Positions 1 to 9,498 are shown, numbered from the stretch's first letter. The stretch: 64,000 nucleotides of DNA from Armatimonadota bacterium (GCA_041690135.1 JAWLHY010000018.1:96001-160000); one strand, 5' to 3'. A program made the numbers and translations. Notes: generated by a model from the letters alone, not told the origin.

Positions 1-235
1 CGCTTTCAGATAACGGATCGCCGGTCCTGCGTCTGCTGGATGTCGTGGGAAAGCCGCTGTTCCACAAGCCGTGAACTTTGTCCAACGGTTGGTTGTTTGG
101 ACATCGAGCTTCAGCTCAATCCATCGGAAAGTCCGTCTTGACGAAGCGGAGCGCTATAGAACACCATGTAACAAAGGCTGGTCATGCCGCGGGTGAGTTG
201 GGCGTCAGGCCACTTCGACATTCGTTTCTGCGATC

Positions 236-619
236 ATGCCAAATCGCAAGAGTAAATTCTGGACGCCGCGAGTGGAAGCGGGTCGCCTGCGAACAGACCA
301 GATGCTGCATTCGTGGGCGGCGGCGCTAAAGGCGGTCGAAGCTGCAGAAGATGACGCGGCGCTGGGCCTAGCTGCTGCTCTCCAGGTCGAGTTCTGCATC
401 TCGTTCTATGACGACCTGATCATCGATCAGGTGGAACTTGACGCTGCGCACAGCGAGAAGCTCCGGAGGGCGCTGACCGGCATCTGGGGGTTCAGCTCCA
501 TGTGCCCGGACGTGGTTGCCCGAATCCGGGCCATCCAGAAGTCGGTCCCTGATCCACTTCCCGCGATGCTCTCAGATGCGGAGGTGGAGCGGCTGGTGAG
601 GACCGAAGGCGCGGTCTAA
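236..619 (+). CDS. hypothetical protein
   Basis: 127-aa ATG ORF with helical, protein-like composition; no family recognised. Confidence 0.6.
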   Translation: MPNRKSKFWTPRVEAGRLRTDQMLHSWAAALKAVEAAEDDAALGLAAALQVEFCISFYDDLIIDQVELDAAHSEKLRRALTGIWGFSSMCPDVVARIRAIQKSVPDPLPAMLSDAEVERLVRTEGAV

Positions 620-778
620 GAGTCGCTGCACCCGACGGCGTAACGGGCAATTACGTGTTCACATAGGTTGAGCTCGCCGCGGGTGAGCTTGGCGTTAGTT
701 CCGGCGTGCAACCTGCGGAAGATGGGGACCCTGCACTCCATCGAAGGGAGATGATCCGATCTGAGCCCGAGTACAACG

Positions 779-818
779 AGCCGGCCCCTGGATTTATCTC
801 CAGGGGCCGGCTTTATTT
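779..818 (+). terminator. intrinsic terminator
   Basis: 14-bp stem agccggcccctgga/tccaggggccggct followed by ttattt. Confidence 0.7.
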
Positions 819-844
819 CCGCCTCATTAGCTGACCAAATCGAG

Positions 845-1035
845 TCAGGACTTTGCCAGCTCCTTCACGGGTGCTGACGCCTTCTCTGCCCTGGCCTTCG
901 AGAGGGGCGACTGCGGTCGCTTGAGGGTCTTCACGCGCACTGCTCCGGACGGCTCGATGGTGAACTCGGCATCGAGCGCCTGCGCCAAACGCTGGAGGGT
1001 CGGGAGCGTGGGAAGTCTACAGCCGTTCGCTGAAC
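845..1035 (-). pseudogene. C-terminal fragment of an XRE-family HTH regulator
   Basis: ANGCRLPTLPTLQRLAQALDAEF resembles XRE helices 4-5 (ExGxxxPxLxTLxRLAxAL); the N-terminal helices are missing. Confidence 0.5.
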
Positions 1036-1080
1036 TCGTCTCCCTGTAGTTCGGCGGTCCAGATATCACCCCCACCAGAC

Positions 1081-1122
1081 AACAAGAGAGCCCCGCCGAG
1101 TGGTCGGCGGGGCTCTCTTGTT
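1081..1122. terminator. strong hairpin downstream of tRNA-Asn, probable terminator
   Basis: perfect 19-bp stem aacaagagagccccgccga/tcggcggggctctcttgtt with a 4-nt loop. Confidence 0.75.
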
Positions 1123-1128
1123 TCTCTA

Positions 1129-1200
1129 CTCCCCCGAGTGGATTCGAACCACTAACCCTCTGATTAACAGTCAGATGCTCTGCCGTTGAGCTACAGGGGA
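1129..1200 (-). tRNA. tRNA-Asn (GTT), CCA not encoded
   Basis: reverse complement TCCCCTGTAGCTCAACGGCAGAGCATCTGACTGTTAATCAGAGGGTTAGTGGTTCGAATCCACTCGGGGGAG folds as a cloverleaf with GTT anticodon and GTTCGAATC T-loop. Confidence 0.97.
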
Positions 1201-1274
1201 ACGCCTGTTACCGGGCAACGGACGAAACTATACCAGAAGGCGCGAGGGGGGTCAATAGGCGAAACTTTGCGATT

Positions 1275-1859
1275 TCACCACTGGCAAGAGACAGAGAGCG
1301 CATCCGCCAGCAGGTTGAGGTACTCGCGCCGGCGGACCAGTCGCGCTCCGAACTGGGCCGTAAGCGGGGTCACCATCTGGATCTCCAGCAGCCGGAACCC
1401 GCGGGCGTTGAGGTGGTCGGCCAGGTGCACCAGCGCTGCCTTCGAGGCGTTGCTTTCGCGGTGGAACATGGACTCCCCGAAGAAGACACCCCCGATGTGG
1501 ACGCCGTAGAGCCCGCCTACCAGGCGCTCTTTCTGCCACACCTCCACGCTGTGGGCGTAACCCAATTCGTGGAGCGCCGTGTAGCTGCGCACGATGCCGG
1601 AGTTGATCCAGGTGTCGTCCCGGTCGGCGCAGCCCAGCATCACCTCCTCGAAAGCCCGATCGGTGGTGTAGGTGAACGGGGCCTTCTTCAATGCGCGCCG
1701 GAGCCGCTGGGGCACGTGGAACGGGTCCAGCGGCAGGATGGCGCGCGGGTCGGCGGTGTACCACTCGATCCGGCCCGTAGTGGAATCGGCCATCGGGAAG
1801 TATCCCTGCATGTAGGCCTGGATGAGGGTCTTGGCGGGGATGAACTGGGGCTTGCGCAT
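1275..1859 (-). CDS. aat: leucyl/phenylalanyl-tRNA--protein transferase
   Basis: AYxxGYFPMA, AHSVEVW, LVGGLYGV, FFGESMF and ASKAAL motifs. Confidence 0.95.
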   Translation of the reverse strand: MRKPQFIPAKTLIQAYMQGYFPMADSTTGRIEWYTADPRAILPLDPFHVPQRLRRALKKAPFTYTTDRAFEEVMLGCADRDDTWINSGIVRSYTALHELGYAHSVEVWQKERLVGGLYGVHIGGVFFGESMFHRESNASKAALVHLADHLNARGFRLLEIQMVTPLTAQFGARLVRRREYLNLLADALSVSCQW

Positions 1860-1895
1860 CGGAGTGTTGATCGCCTGTGGGGCTGTGAGCTGCGC

Positions 1896-2630
1896 TCACA
1901 CGACACTGCGGCCGCCGTCGACCGGAAGGATTGCGCCGGTGAGGTAGTCGCTACCTTCGACCATGAAGACGACGGTGCGGGCGATGTCGTCCGGCGATCC
2001 CTCCCGCTTCAGGGGCGCTTTGGCGATCAGGAGCTGCTTCTGCTCTTCGGGGAAGCCTTCCGGCCACATCACCTCGCCGGGAGAGATCCCCAGCACCCGC
2101 ACCTGCGGCGCCAGGGCGTGGGCGAGGCCGCGGGTGAGGGCCGCCACCCCTGCCTTGCTGATCGAATAGGGCAGGTAACCCGGGAAAGGGCGCTCGGAGG
2201 CAATATCGACGATGTTGATAATGACCCCTTCCCCGCGCCGGCGCATTTCCGGAGCGACCGCCCGGGCAAAGAGCCAGGGGCCGCGGAGGTTGATCTCCAG
2301 GTGAGAATCCCAGTCTTCCAGCGTGGCATTCTCGAACGGCGTGTGCTGGAAGATCGCGGCGCTGTTGACGAGCACCGACGTGGGGCCCAGCGCTGCCTCC
2401 AACTCCCGCACCGCGGCTTCCACCTGCCGGGGATCCCGCTGGTCGCAGCGCACGGCGTGCGCCGGGACGCCGCGCTCTCGCAGTTCAGCCAGCGTCTCAA
2501 CGGCCTGATCGGCCGAGGAGTGGTACGTGAACCCCACGTGGGCACCCCGGTCCGCCAGGGCTCCGGCGATCGCTTTGCCGACGCGAATCGCCCCTCCGGT
2601 CACCAGGGCCACGCGTCCCGATAACTCCAT
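1896..2630 (-). CDS. SDR oxidoreductase, pteridine reductase/FolM-like
   Basis: TGGAIRVG Rossmann motif, LVNSAA, catalytic YSISK, C-terminal VDGGR; start moved to MELSGRVAL. Confidence 0.85.
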   Translation of the reverse strand: MELSGRVALVTGGAIRVGKAIAGALADRGAHVGFTYHSSADQAVETLAELRERGVPAHAVRCDQRDPRQVEAAVRELEAALGPTSVLVNSAAIFQHTPFENATLEDWDSHLEINLRGPWLFARAVAPEMRRRGEGVIINIVDIASERPFPGYLPYSISKAGVAALTRGLAHALAPQVRVLGISPGEVMWPEGFPEEQKQLLIAKAPLKREGSPDDIARTVVFMVEGSDYLTGAILPVDGGRSVV

Positions 2631-2785
2631 CTTCAAAGGCCTCCTTGCACAAAGGGCATCCTCACCCAACTTACGATACGGTAATGCAAGGCCCCCTCTC
2701 TGGCAAGCAGTCTCCAGCGGAGAGGAATCCGGGGGCCCGGCGGCGCAACAGGCTCTGGATGGATTTGGTATTGCGAGGTGACCCG

Positions 2786-4828
2786 ATGCGCATGATGGCC
2801 GTTCTGGCGGTATTGATGACGGCAGGTTGGGTAGGGATGGATAGGTCCGTGGCAGCACAGAGCGCGATCGAGGATCTTCGCTCGGCGCGCGTACGGACGA
2901 ACCAGCAGGGCAGCGGCTTCAAGCCGCCGCTCACCAAAGAGGAATGGCTGGCTCGCCGGCAAAAGCTGCGCGACCGGATCCTGGTATCCACCGGGCTATA
3001 CCCCATGCCCCAGAAAACGCCGCTCTCCCCGCGAGTTTACGGCAAGGTGGAGCGCGACGGCTACACCATCGAAAAGGTGGTGCTGGAAACGCTGCCGGGC
3101 TTTTTCCTCTCCGGGAACCTTTACCGGCCGTCCGCTCCCGTAGCGCCGGGGACGAAGATTCCTGGCATCCTGAACCCGCACGGTCACTGGCCGGAAGGAC
3201 GCGTGGCCGCGGATGTGCAGGCCCGGTGCGCCGGACAGGCCCGTATTGGGGCGGTCGCCTTCCTCTACGACATGGTGGGCTACCACGATTCGAAGGCGTT
3301 CGGTCACCAGGGCGTCTTCGCGGATGATGCGGCCCGCGCCTACGGGATGAACCTGAACGGGCTGCAGCTCTGGAACAGCATCCGGGCCCTCGACTACCTG
3401 ACGAGCCTCCCCGAAGTGGATGCCAAGCGGATCGCCTGCACGGGCGAAAGCGGCGGCGGGACCCAGACCTTCGAACTATGCGCGGTGGACGACCGCATCG
3501 CCGTGGCGGCCCCGGTCTGCATGGTCTCCCATCACTTCCAGGGGGGATGTCTCTGCGAGAACGCGCCGCACAAGCGGGTGGGGACCGACAACGTCGAGTT
3601 CGCCGCGCTGTTCGCGCCGAAGCCGCAGTTGCTCGTGGGCGCCACGGGGGACTGGACCAGCCAGATCTTGCAGCATGGCGTGCCCGAGATTCGCGCCACC
3701 TACCGCCTGTTCAACGCGGAGCATAACCTCCTCGCGGTCATCCACGAAGCACCGCATAACTACAACCAGGCCAGCCGGGAGTCCGTGTACGCCTTCCTGA
3801 AGCAGCACCTGTGGGGGGAGCCCTCCCCTACTCCGGTCAAAGAAGCGGCGTTCAAAGCGGAGGAAGCCGCCGCCCTCTCTACCTGGGACAGCGAGCACCC
3901 GCGTCCGGCCGATGCCCTGGACCCGGAGAAGCTGAAAGCCAACTTGCGGGAAGTCTTCCTGCACCAGATCGCTTCCTGGAAGCCGGCTTCCAAGGGACAG
4001 TGGCAGGACTCGAAGAAAACCGTCCGTACCGGGCTGGAGCAGATCCTGGCGTGCGAGCTTCCCCGCAAGGACCAATTGCAGGTCGAGCAGAAGGAGCCGG
4101 TACTGAATGACCGTTTCCGCTACCGCAGCACGGAGCTCACGCTGGCCCGCCGCGGTCACGGGGACGCAGCCACCGGCCTCCTGTTGACGCCAGTGACGCT
4201 GCAGCCGACGAAGAAGCCCGCGGTCATCACCGTGGTCGTCCACCCCGGCGGCCCGAAGGCGATCCTGGGATCCGACGGCTCTCCGAATCAACTGGTGGAA
4301 GGACTGTTGGAGGCCCACCAGGGTGTTTTGCTGCTGGAAACGTTTCTGACCGGGAAGCCAGAGGAAGTGGCCAAGCGCCACGCTTCCAACTACTACGCGA
4401 CCTACAACGCCACGGTGCTCGCGGAACGGGTGCAGGACGTGCTGAACGCCGTCGCCGCCGCGCGCGAATTGGGCAAATCCGTGAACCTGGTCGGGCTCGA
4501 GAAGGCGGGCCCGTGGGTCGTGCTCGCCCGGCCCTTCGCGGGCAACGTGGAGCGGACCGCCGCCGACGCCGCCGGTTGGGAGTGGTCGACCGATCTGCCG
4601 ATGAGCCACGAGATGACGCTGCCCGCCGCCCTCCGCTACGGTGGGATGAAGGCCTTCGCTGCCCTCTGCTCGCCCGAGCCGCTTTTTCTCTACAACTCGA
4701 TGACCGGCCTGGACGTGAGCTGGGTGCAGGGCGCCTATAACCTGGAAGCGCCCAAGAAGCTCCGCCTCTCTTCCGCCCCGGCCCCGCCGGAGACAGTCCT
4801 CTCCTGGCTCGTCAGCCGCGGTAAGTAA
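2786..4828 (+). CDS. secreted double alpha/beta hydrolase (acetylxylan esterase-like)
   Basis: signal peptide; GESGGGTQT nucleophile elbow; GGCLCENAP; second degenerate hydrolase domain. Confidence 0.8.
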   Translation: MRMMAVLAVLMTAGWVGMDRSVAAQSAIEDLRSARVRTNQQGSGFKPPLTKEEWLARRQKLRDRILVSTGLYPMPQKTPLSPRVYGKVERDGYTIEKVVLETLPGFFLSGNLYRPSAPVAPGTKIPGILNPHGHWPEGRVAADVQARCAGQARIGAVAFLYDMVGYHDSKAFGHQGVFADDAARAYGMNLNGLQLWNSIRALDYLTSLPEVDAKRIACTGESGGGTQTFELCAVDDRIAVAAPVCMVSHHFQGGCLCENAPHKRVGTDNVEFAALFAPKPQLLVGATGDWTSQILQHGVPEIRATYRLFNAEHNLLAVIHEAPHNYNQASRESVYAFLKQHLWGEPSPTPVKEAAFKAEEAAALSTWDSEHPRPADALDPEKLKANLREVFLHQIASWKPASKGQWQDSKKTVRTGLEQILACELPRKDQLQVEQKEPVLNDRFRYRSTELTLARRGHGDAATGLLLTPVTLQPTKKPAVITVVVHPGGPKAILGSDGSPNQLVEGLLEAHQGVLLLETFLTGKPEEVAKRHASNYYATYNATVLAERVQDVLNAVAAARELGKSVNLVGLEKAGPWVVLARPFAGNVERTAADAAGWEWSTDLPMSHEMTLPAALRYGGMKAFAALCSPEPLFLYNSMTGLDVSWVQGAYNLEAPKKLRLSSAPAPPETVLSWLVSRGK

Positions 4829-4878
4829 GAGCCGGGTCCGGGTCAGAACACCAGTAAACAGCCATCCTTGCGTTAGTG

Positions 4879-4910
4879 AATGGGGGGCTCCTGATCGGGG
4901 GCTCCCCATT
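4879..4910. terminator. hairpin, possible terminator
   Basis: imperfect stem aatggggggctcc/gggggctccccatt between genes. Confidence 0.45.
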
Positions 4911-4976
4911 GACTTTTGTCGTGCCGGCGGCGGCTGTTGAAGTAGAATACCCCAGGCGAGTAAGGAGCGCGAACCG

Positions 4977-6209
4977 ATGTCGGTGGATGCAGCTACAGCC
5001 AATGAATCCGCGGTCCGCGCGGAAGTGCCCGCACCGGCCGCGGATAAGCCCCAGGTCGACCGGTTCCGGCTGGGTTTGCTGGCAGTGGGCCATGCCGTGA
5101 CGGACAGCTACGGTCAGAGCCTGCTCTCCCCCATGTTCCCCCAGATCGCGCAGCGGTTGGACCTCAGCCTGGCCCAGGTGGGCGGGCTGCCGATGATGAT
5201 GGGTCTCTCCGCCTCCCTGGCGCAGCCGCTCCTGGGCTGGATCTCAGACCGCAAGCCCCAGTGGTGCCTGGTGGCCCTAGGGCCGCTTCTCGCCGCACTG
5301 ATCATCGGTTTCGTGGGACACGCCCAGAGCTACTGGCAGTTGGGTTTGCTCCTCTTCCTGGCGGGGATCGGCATTGGGGCTTTCCATCCGCAGGGGGCCA
5401 CCCTGGCCCGGAAGGCAGGTCGGGGCAGCGGACTGGCGATGAGCGCCTTCACCGTGGGCGGGAACGTCGGCTTTGGCCTGGCGCCCCTCCTGGGCGGGCT
5501 TTACGTGGCTCTTTTCGGGTTGGAGCGCCTGTACTTCTCCGCACTCCCGGCCTTCGTTTTTGCCGCGGTGATGCTCGTCGTCTTCCGCCGGGATGCCGCG
5601 GGTGCCCACGCGGCTGCCGCGCACCGCAAAAAGCACACCGAGGGGCGCAGCAATCCCGTGGCCCTCGCCGCACTGACAGCCACGGTGGTGGTCCGATCGG
5701 GCGTGCAGATTGGCATCACCACGTTTCTTCCCTTTCTCGTGGAGCAGCGCTTTCCGGTATCACAGCAAACCGCCATCAAGAGCCTCTCCGTCAGCGCGTT
5801 CCTCCTGGCCAGTGCCTTCGCGGGACCGCTGGGGGGCCTCCTGTCCGATCGCTTCGGCCGGAAACCGGTGATGGTCTGGTCGTTCCTACTGGCGCCGTGG
5901 CCGCTGCTGCTTGCGTTTCAAATGCCCGGATATGTATTGATCGGCTTGCTGGCGTTCGGCGCGTTCATTTTGATGTTGCCCCACCCCGCGAACGTCGTGA
6001 TGGCGCAGGAGTTCATGCCCCGGAGTGCGGGAATCGCCGCCAGCCTCATTACCGGCCTCGCGTGGGGGCTCGCCCAGGTGCTGGCGCTCCCACTCGGCCA
6101 GATCGCCGAGGACACCTCCCTTTCGGCGGCGTTGACGGGGCTCTGTTTCCTCCCCTTCCTCGGCGCCCTTCTGGTGATTCCGATTCCCCGCGATCCGGGG
6201 CGGTCCTGA
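4977..6209 (+). CDS. MFS transporter (Fsr-like)
   Basis: about 12 hydrophobic segments; GHAVTDSY, AFHPQG and GLLSDRFGRK motifs. Confidence 0.9.
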   Translation: MSVDAATANESAVRAEVPAPAADKPQVDRFRLGLLAVGHAVTDSYGQSLLSPMFPQIAQRLDLSLAQVGGLPMMMGLSASLAQPLLGWISDRKPQWCLVALGPLLAALIIGFVGHAQSYWQLGLLLFLAGIGIGAFHPQGATLARKAGRGSGLAMSAFTVGGNVGFGLAPLLGGLYVALFGLERLYFSALPAFVFAAVMLVVFRRDAAGAHAAAAHRKKHTEGRSNPVALAALTATVVVRSGVQIGITTFLPFLVEQRFPVSQQTAIKSLSVSAFLLASAFAGPLGGLLSDRFGRKPVMVWSFLLAPWPLLLAFQMPGYVLIGLLAFGAFILMLPHPANVVMAQEFMPRSAGIAASLITGLAWGLAQVLALPLGQIAEDTSLSAALTGLCFLPFLGALLVIPIPRDPGRS

Positions 6210-6376
6210 AGAAATCCCGAACTTATCCGGTCGGCCGCTCGTCATGCAACTACCCGGGTTTTCGAGTGCCGCTGTCCGGTTGGTGATAACTGACCCTTGA
6301 CTCGTGCGTTACCTTGCCGATACTGTCGGGAGGTATCCGCGCCCCTTTGTACCTTCGTTCGCCGGTGGAGCTCCTC

Positions 6377-8257
6377 ATGGATGGCAGCGTCGACCGCATG
6401 TCCGCGGACCTGATCCGCGACCTGAATGCCGGCAAGTTGGGCTACGAGGACGCCAAAGCTCGCTATCGGGAGCTGGGCGACCTCCTTCAGTGCGAGTACC
6501 CGCCGGACCGGACGCCTCTAGAGGTGTTCAACGAGGCGAATACCCGCTATCGCCAGCTTGGTGAGGCGATCCAGCGGCGCTACCAGCGCAACTTTACTGC
6601 CGTATCGGTGGATGTTGTCGGCTCACATAAGATGAAGCTGAACGGCACCCCGTTGGACGCCCAGCTCACCTTTGACGCCTACCACCAGTGGGTAGAGGAG
6701 AAGCTGGCGAACTACGGCTGCCCACACAACTTCTATGCCTGGGCCGGAGATGGGTTGATCGCGATCTTCGAACTGCCGGAAACCGCGGTCCAGTTCGGCC
6801 AGGCTCTCATCAACGCGCTCCCCGCCTTCAACACCAGCTTTAACCGCTTGCACCAGGCGTTGCAGCTTCGGATCGGGGTGCATACCGGCCCGATCCTTCC
6901 GGGAGAGCAGATGGGACTTGGGCGCCTTACCAGCGCCACGCTCGACCTCGCGGGGCATTACCAGAAAGCCGCCCGCCCGGATGAGATGATTGTGAGCCCC
7001 ACGACCCACGACTTCCTGCCGCCGGACCTGGGTTACTTTGCCTCCGTCCGCCGCCCGATCCCGAACGCGGAGAACTGCTACGCGTTTCCGGCCCGGCCGG
7101 ACGAACCGGACCCCGAGCTTCCGATTGCGCCCCAGGTTGCGACCCCGCCGCCGGGAAGGAGCGCAGGCGTGGCGCCCGTGGTGTTGGGAGTGACGATCGT
7201 GGTTGCGGCGGGTCTCCTGGCGGGCGGCCTGTTCTGGTGGGCGACGCGCCCGCCTGGTGGGTCGCAAAGGGGGGCGGTGGTGGTCCAGGTCCCGGCTCGG
7301 ACTCCGAGTGCGAACTCCACTCCGGGGTCGCCGTCCCCGACCCGCACCTCCCCTACTCAGCCGACAAACGCGCCCTCTGCCTCCGGTACGGCGACCACGC
7401 CGGCAGCGCAGCCGGCGGAAGCAGCGCCTACACCCGTCGCTTCCTGGAGCCCCGACCGGCAACTGTGGCGTTCACCGGACGCCGAGGGCGGGGTTCCCAG
7501 TCGCCTATTCGCCTCCACGCCCGACCGGACCTGGATCCTGGCGGTGGGAGTAGGAAGCTATCAGGACGCGGCATTCCAGGCTGCCGGAGCGGGGGGGGAC
7601 GCTCTCCTCACCACCCAGGCAATCCAGCGGGCGACGGGAACGCCCAGCGGCAATGTCCGCGTGATCACCGACGGACAGGCCACTCTGGAGGCGGTGAAGC
7701 GAGGCTTCCAGTGGCTTCAGCAAAGTGCCAACTCGGGCCGCGACACGGTGTTCGTCTACCTGGCCGGCGCCGGACGACTGGCGTCCGATCGCTCCGACTT
7801 GCGCCACTCGGGAGGTAGCGGGTACGCGTTCGCGCCCCAGGATGCGCGAAGTGATGATCCGGCCGCCACACTGGTCTACGGAGCGGATGTGGTCGCGTGG
7901 CTCGGGGCGGCCCGAGCGCAAACGACGCTCCTTTTCGTGGATACCCCGTTCGCGGGAGCCTTGCAGGCGGACCTGCCCGCGGCGGCAGACCCCGGTCGCC
8001 GGTTCGGGTTACTGGCGGCCACCTCGGCGAACCAGGGAAGCGTGGTGCGCGGCAGGCAGGCAAGTGCCTATGCTGAAGGCCTCGCCGCGGCTCTGCGGGG
8101 TGGCGCGGATCAGGACCGGGACCGCCGGGTATCCCTGGCGGAGTTGCAGGCGTTCCTGACCGCCTCGGTGCCTCGCGCGTCGAACGGCCACCAGACGCCG
8201 GTCAGCGCCGCCGGCTTCGGGGGCTATCTGCCGGAAATCTTCTTTGTGGTTCGTTAG
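6377..8257 (+). CDS. class III nucleotidyl cyclase - TM - Pro/Thr linker - caspase-like (C14) domain protein
   Basis: SVDVVGS, AGDGL and RIGVHTG cyclase motifs; TM helix VVLGVTIVVAAGLLAGGLFWW; caspase-fold WILAVGVGSY, VFVYLAGAG, LFVDTPFAG, ADQDRDRRVSLAEL; start uncertain (6314 or 6377). Confidence 0.8.
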   Translation: MDGSVDRMSADLIRDLNAGKLGYEDAKARYRELGDLLQCEYPPDRTPLEVFNEANTRYRQLGEAIQRRYQRNFTAVSVDVVGSHKMKLNGTPLDAQLTFDAYHQWVEEKLANYGCPHNFYAWAGDGLIAIFELPETAVQFGQALINALPAFNTSFNRLHQALQLRIGVHTGPILPGEQMGLGRLTSATLDLAGHYQKAARPDEMIVSPTTHDFLPPDLGYFASVRRPIPNAENCYAFPARPDEPDPELPIAPQVATPPPGRSAGVAPVVLGVTIVVAAGLLAGGLFWWATRPPGGSQRGAVVVQVPARTPSANSTPGSPSPTRTSPTQPTNAPSASGTATTPAAQPAEAAPTPVASWSPDRQLWRSPDAEGGVPSRLFASTPDRTWILAVGVGSYQDAAFQAAGAGGDALLTTQAIQRATGTPSGNVRVITDGQATLEAVKRGFQWLQQSANSGRDTVFVYLAGAGRLASDRSDLRHSGGSGYAFAPQDARSDDPAATLVYGADVVAWLGAARAQTTLLFVDTPFAGALQADLPAAADPGRRFGLLAATSANQGSVVRGRQASAYAEGLAAALRGGADQDRDRRVSLAELQAFLTASVPRASNGHQTPVSAAGFGGYLPEIFFVVR

Positions 8258-9498
8258 GTATCGAGGCGTCGTTCCTCGATCCGCTGGGCTACCTCCTCAC
8301 GGATGGGCTCCGGCACAAGATGCCTTACACCGGACCAACCCCCAAACAGCGCGGCTTCCTTGATCATCGATGAGGAGATGTCGAGGTGCTCGGATCGCGG
8401 GGGCACCCACACGGTCTGGATCTGTGGTTCGAGGAGCGCATTGGTCTTCCAGAGACGCACTTCACCGAAATAGTCTTCGGCCCGGCCGAGGCCACGCACC
8501 ATACGGCCGGCCCGTACCTGGCGAGCGTACTCGACCGTCAAGCCGTTCCAGACGGTCACCGTCACGCCGGGCGGCACGCACCGCCGGATGAGGTCCACGC
8601 GTTCTTCGGGGCTGAAGAGGGCCGTGCGGTCCTTGGCGGGGTTCCGCGCGACCACCACGTGCAACGACCGGAACATCTGCGCGCAGGTCTGGATGATGTC
8701 CAGGTGACTGACGGTGAGTGGGTCGAAGCTGCCGGGAAAAATGGCGCGGCGGGGATCCACCGACACTTCGCGCGGGTACTCCAGGCCTTCCACGGGCACT
8801 TCCGTGTGGGGGAACTCCGCGCGAACTTCCTCCAGCAGTACCGTCGGGTCCTCCAATGGGCCGATGTGGGTGAGGTAGAGACGGCCGACCCCGGCCTCGC
8901 GGGCGAGCCGGGCCACTCCGAGAGTCTCGGAATGGCGAGTGATCTCAGCCCAGTGCGCTGCTCTTGACGAAAAGGTGCATTCGTGGACCAGCACGTCCAC
9001 GCCGCGGACAAAATCCGCGTAGTCCCCCGGGGCGGTGGTGTCGGTGACGTAGGCCAGGCTCTCACCCCCGGGAAGCTCCAGGCGATATGCGAGCACGGGC
9101 GGACCATGGGGAACGATGCGGGTTCGGACGGTCACCTCCCCAACCGTAAACTGCTCCGTCGCCGGCTCGAACCGGTAGGGCAGGCGGATGGGCCACAGCG
9201 GAGACTCGGGACCCCCCAATTCCAGGAAACGGTCTTGCCAGTCGGGACCGTAAACGGTGATCTCCGGCTCGGAGCGCCCGTAGAAGAGCCCGGCCATGAG
9301 GAAAAAGAGGCCCAGGCTGTGGTCGAGGTGGTAGTGGGACATGAGGACGTACAGGGGCCCGTCCCCGTGCAGGTGCCGGAGGGGAAAGACGTTGCTCCCG
9401 GCATCCAGCAGGATCCCGTAATCCGGCAGGTAGAGACCGGTGGTGTGCCGGTCCGGCGTGATGGCGGACCCACCGGCCCCCAGAAAGTGTAGGCGCAT
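8254..9498 (-). CDS. coaD: fusion of RNase Z-like MBL hydrolase and phosphopantetheine adenylyltransferase (CoaD-like)
   Basis: N-terminal HYHLDH, AYVTDT, VHECTF, LTHI; C-terminal IFPGSFDPLTVSH, NPAK, FSPEERV, VRGL, ISSSMIKE. Confidence 0.85.
   Translation of the reverse strand: MRLHFLGAGGSAITPDRHTTGLYLPDYGILLDAGSNVFPLRHLHGDGPLYVLMSHYHLDHSLGLFFLMAGLFYGRSEPEITVYGPDWQDRFLELGGPESPLWPIRLPYRFEPATEQFTVGEVTVRTRIVPHGPPVLAYRLELPGGESLAYVTDTTAPGDYADFVRGVDVLVHECTFSSRAAHWAEITRHSETLGVARLAREAGVGRLYLTHIGPLEDPTVLLEEVRAEFPHTEVPVEGLEYPREVSVDPRRAIFPGSFDPLTVSHLDIIQTCAQMFRSLHVVVARNPAKDRTALFSPEERVDLIRRCVPPGVTVTVWNGLTVEYARQVRAGRMVRGLGRAEDYFGEVRLWKTNALLEPQIQTVWVPPRSEHLDISSSMIKEAALFGGWSGVRHLVPEPIREEVAQRIEERRLDT

Noticed and set aside
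1041-1063. tccctgtagttcggcgg resembling the tRNA-Asn 5' end in inverted orientation
   Set aside because: Only 9 exact bases, no cloverleaf, and wrong orientation for an att duplicate.
1275-1859. Functional link between aat (N-degron pathway) and the Clp-RF fusion
   Set aside because: About 18 kb apart with unrelated genes between; no evidence beyond shared theme.
3476-5002. Long antisense ORFs (also 1413-2624, 11022-12350, 17177-18433, 36595-37548, 56429-58156)
   Set aside because: They mirror well-supported genes on the other strand, as expected from high-GC codon bias, and carry no motifs.
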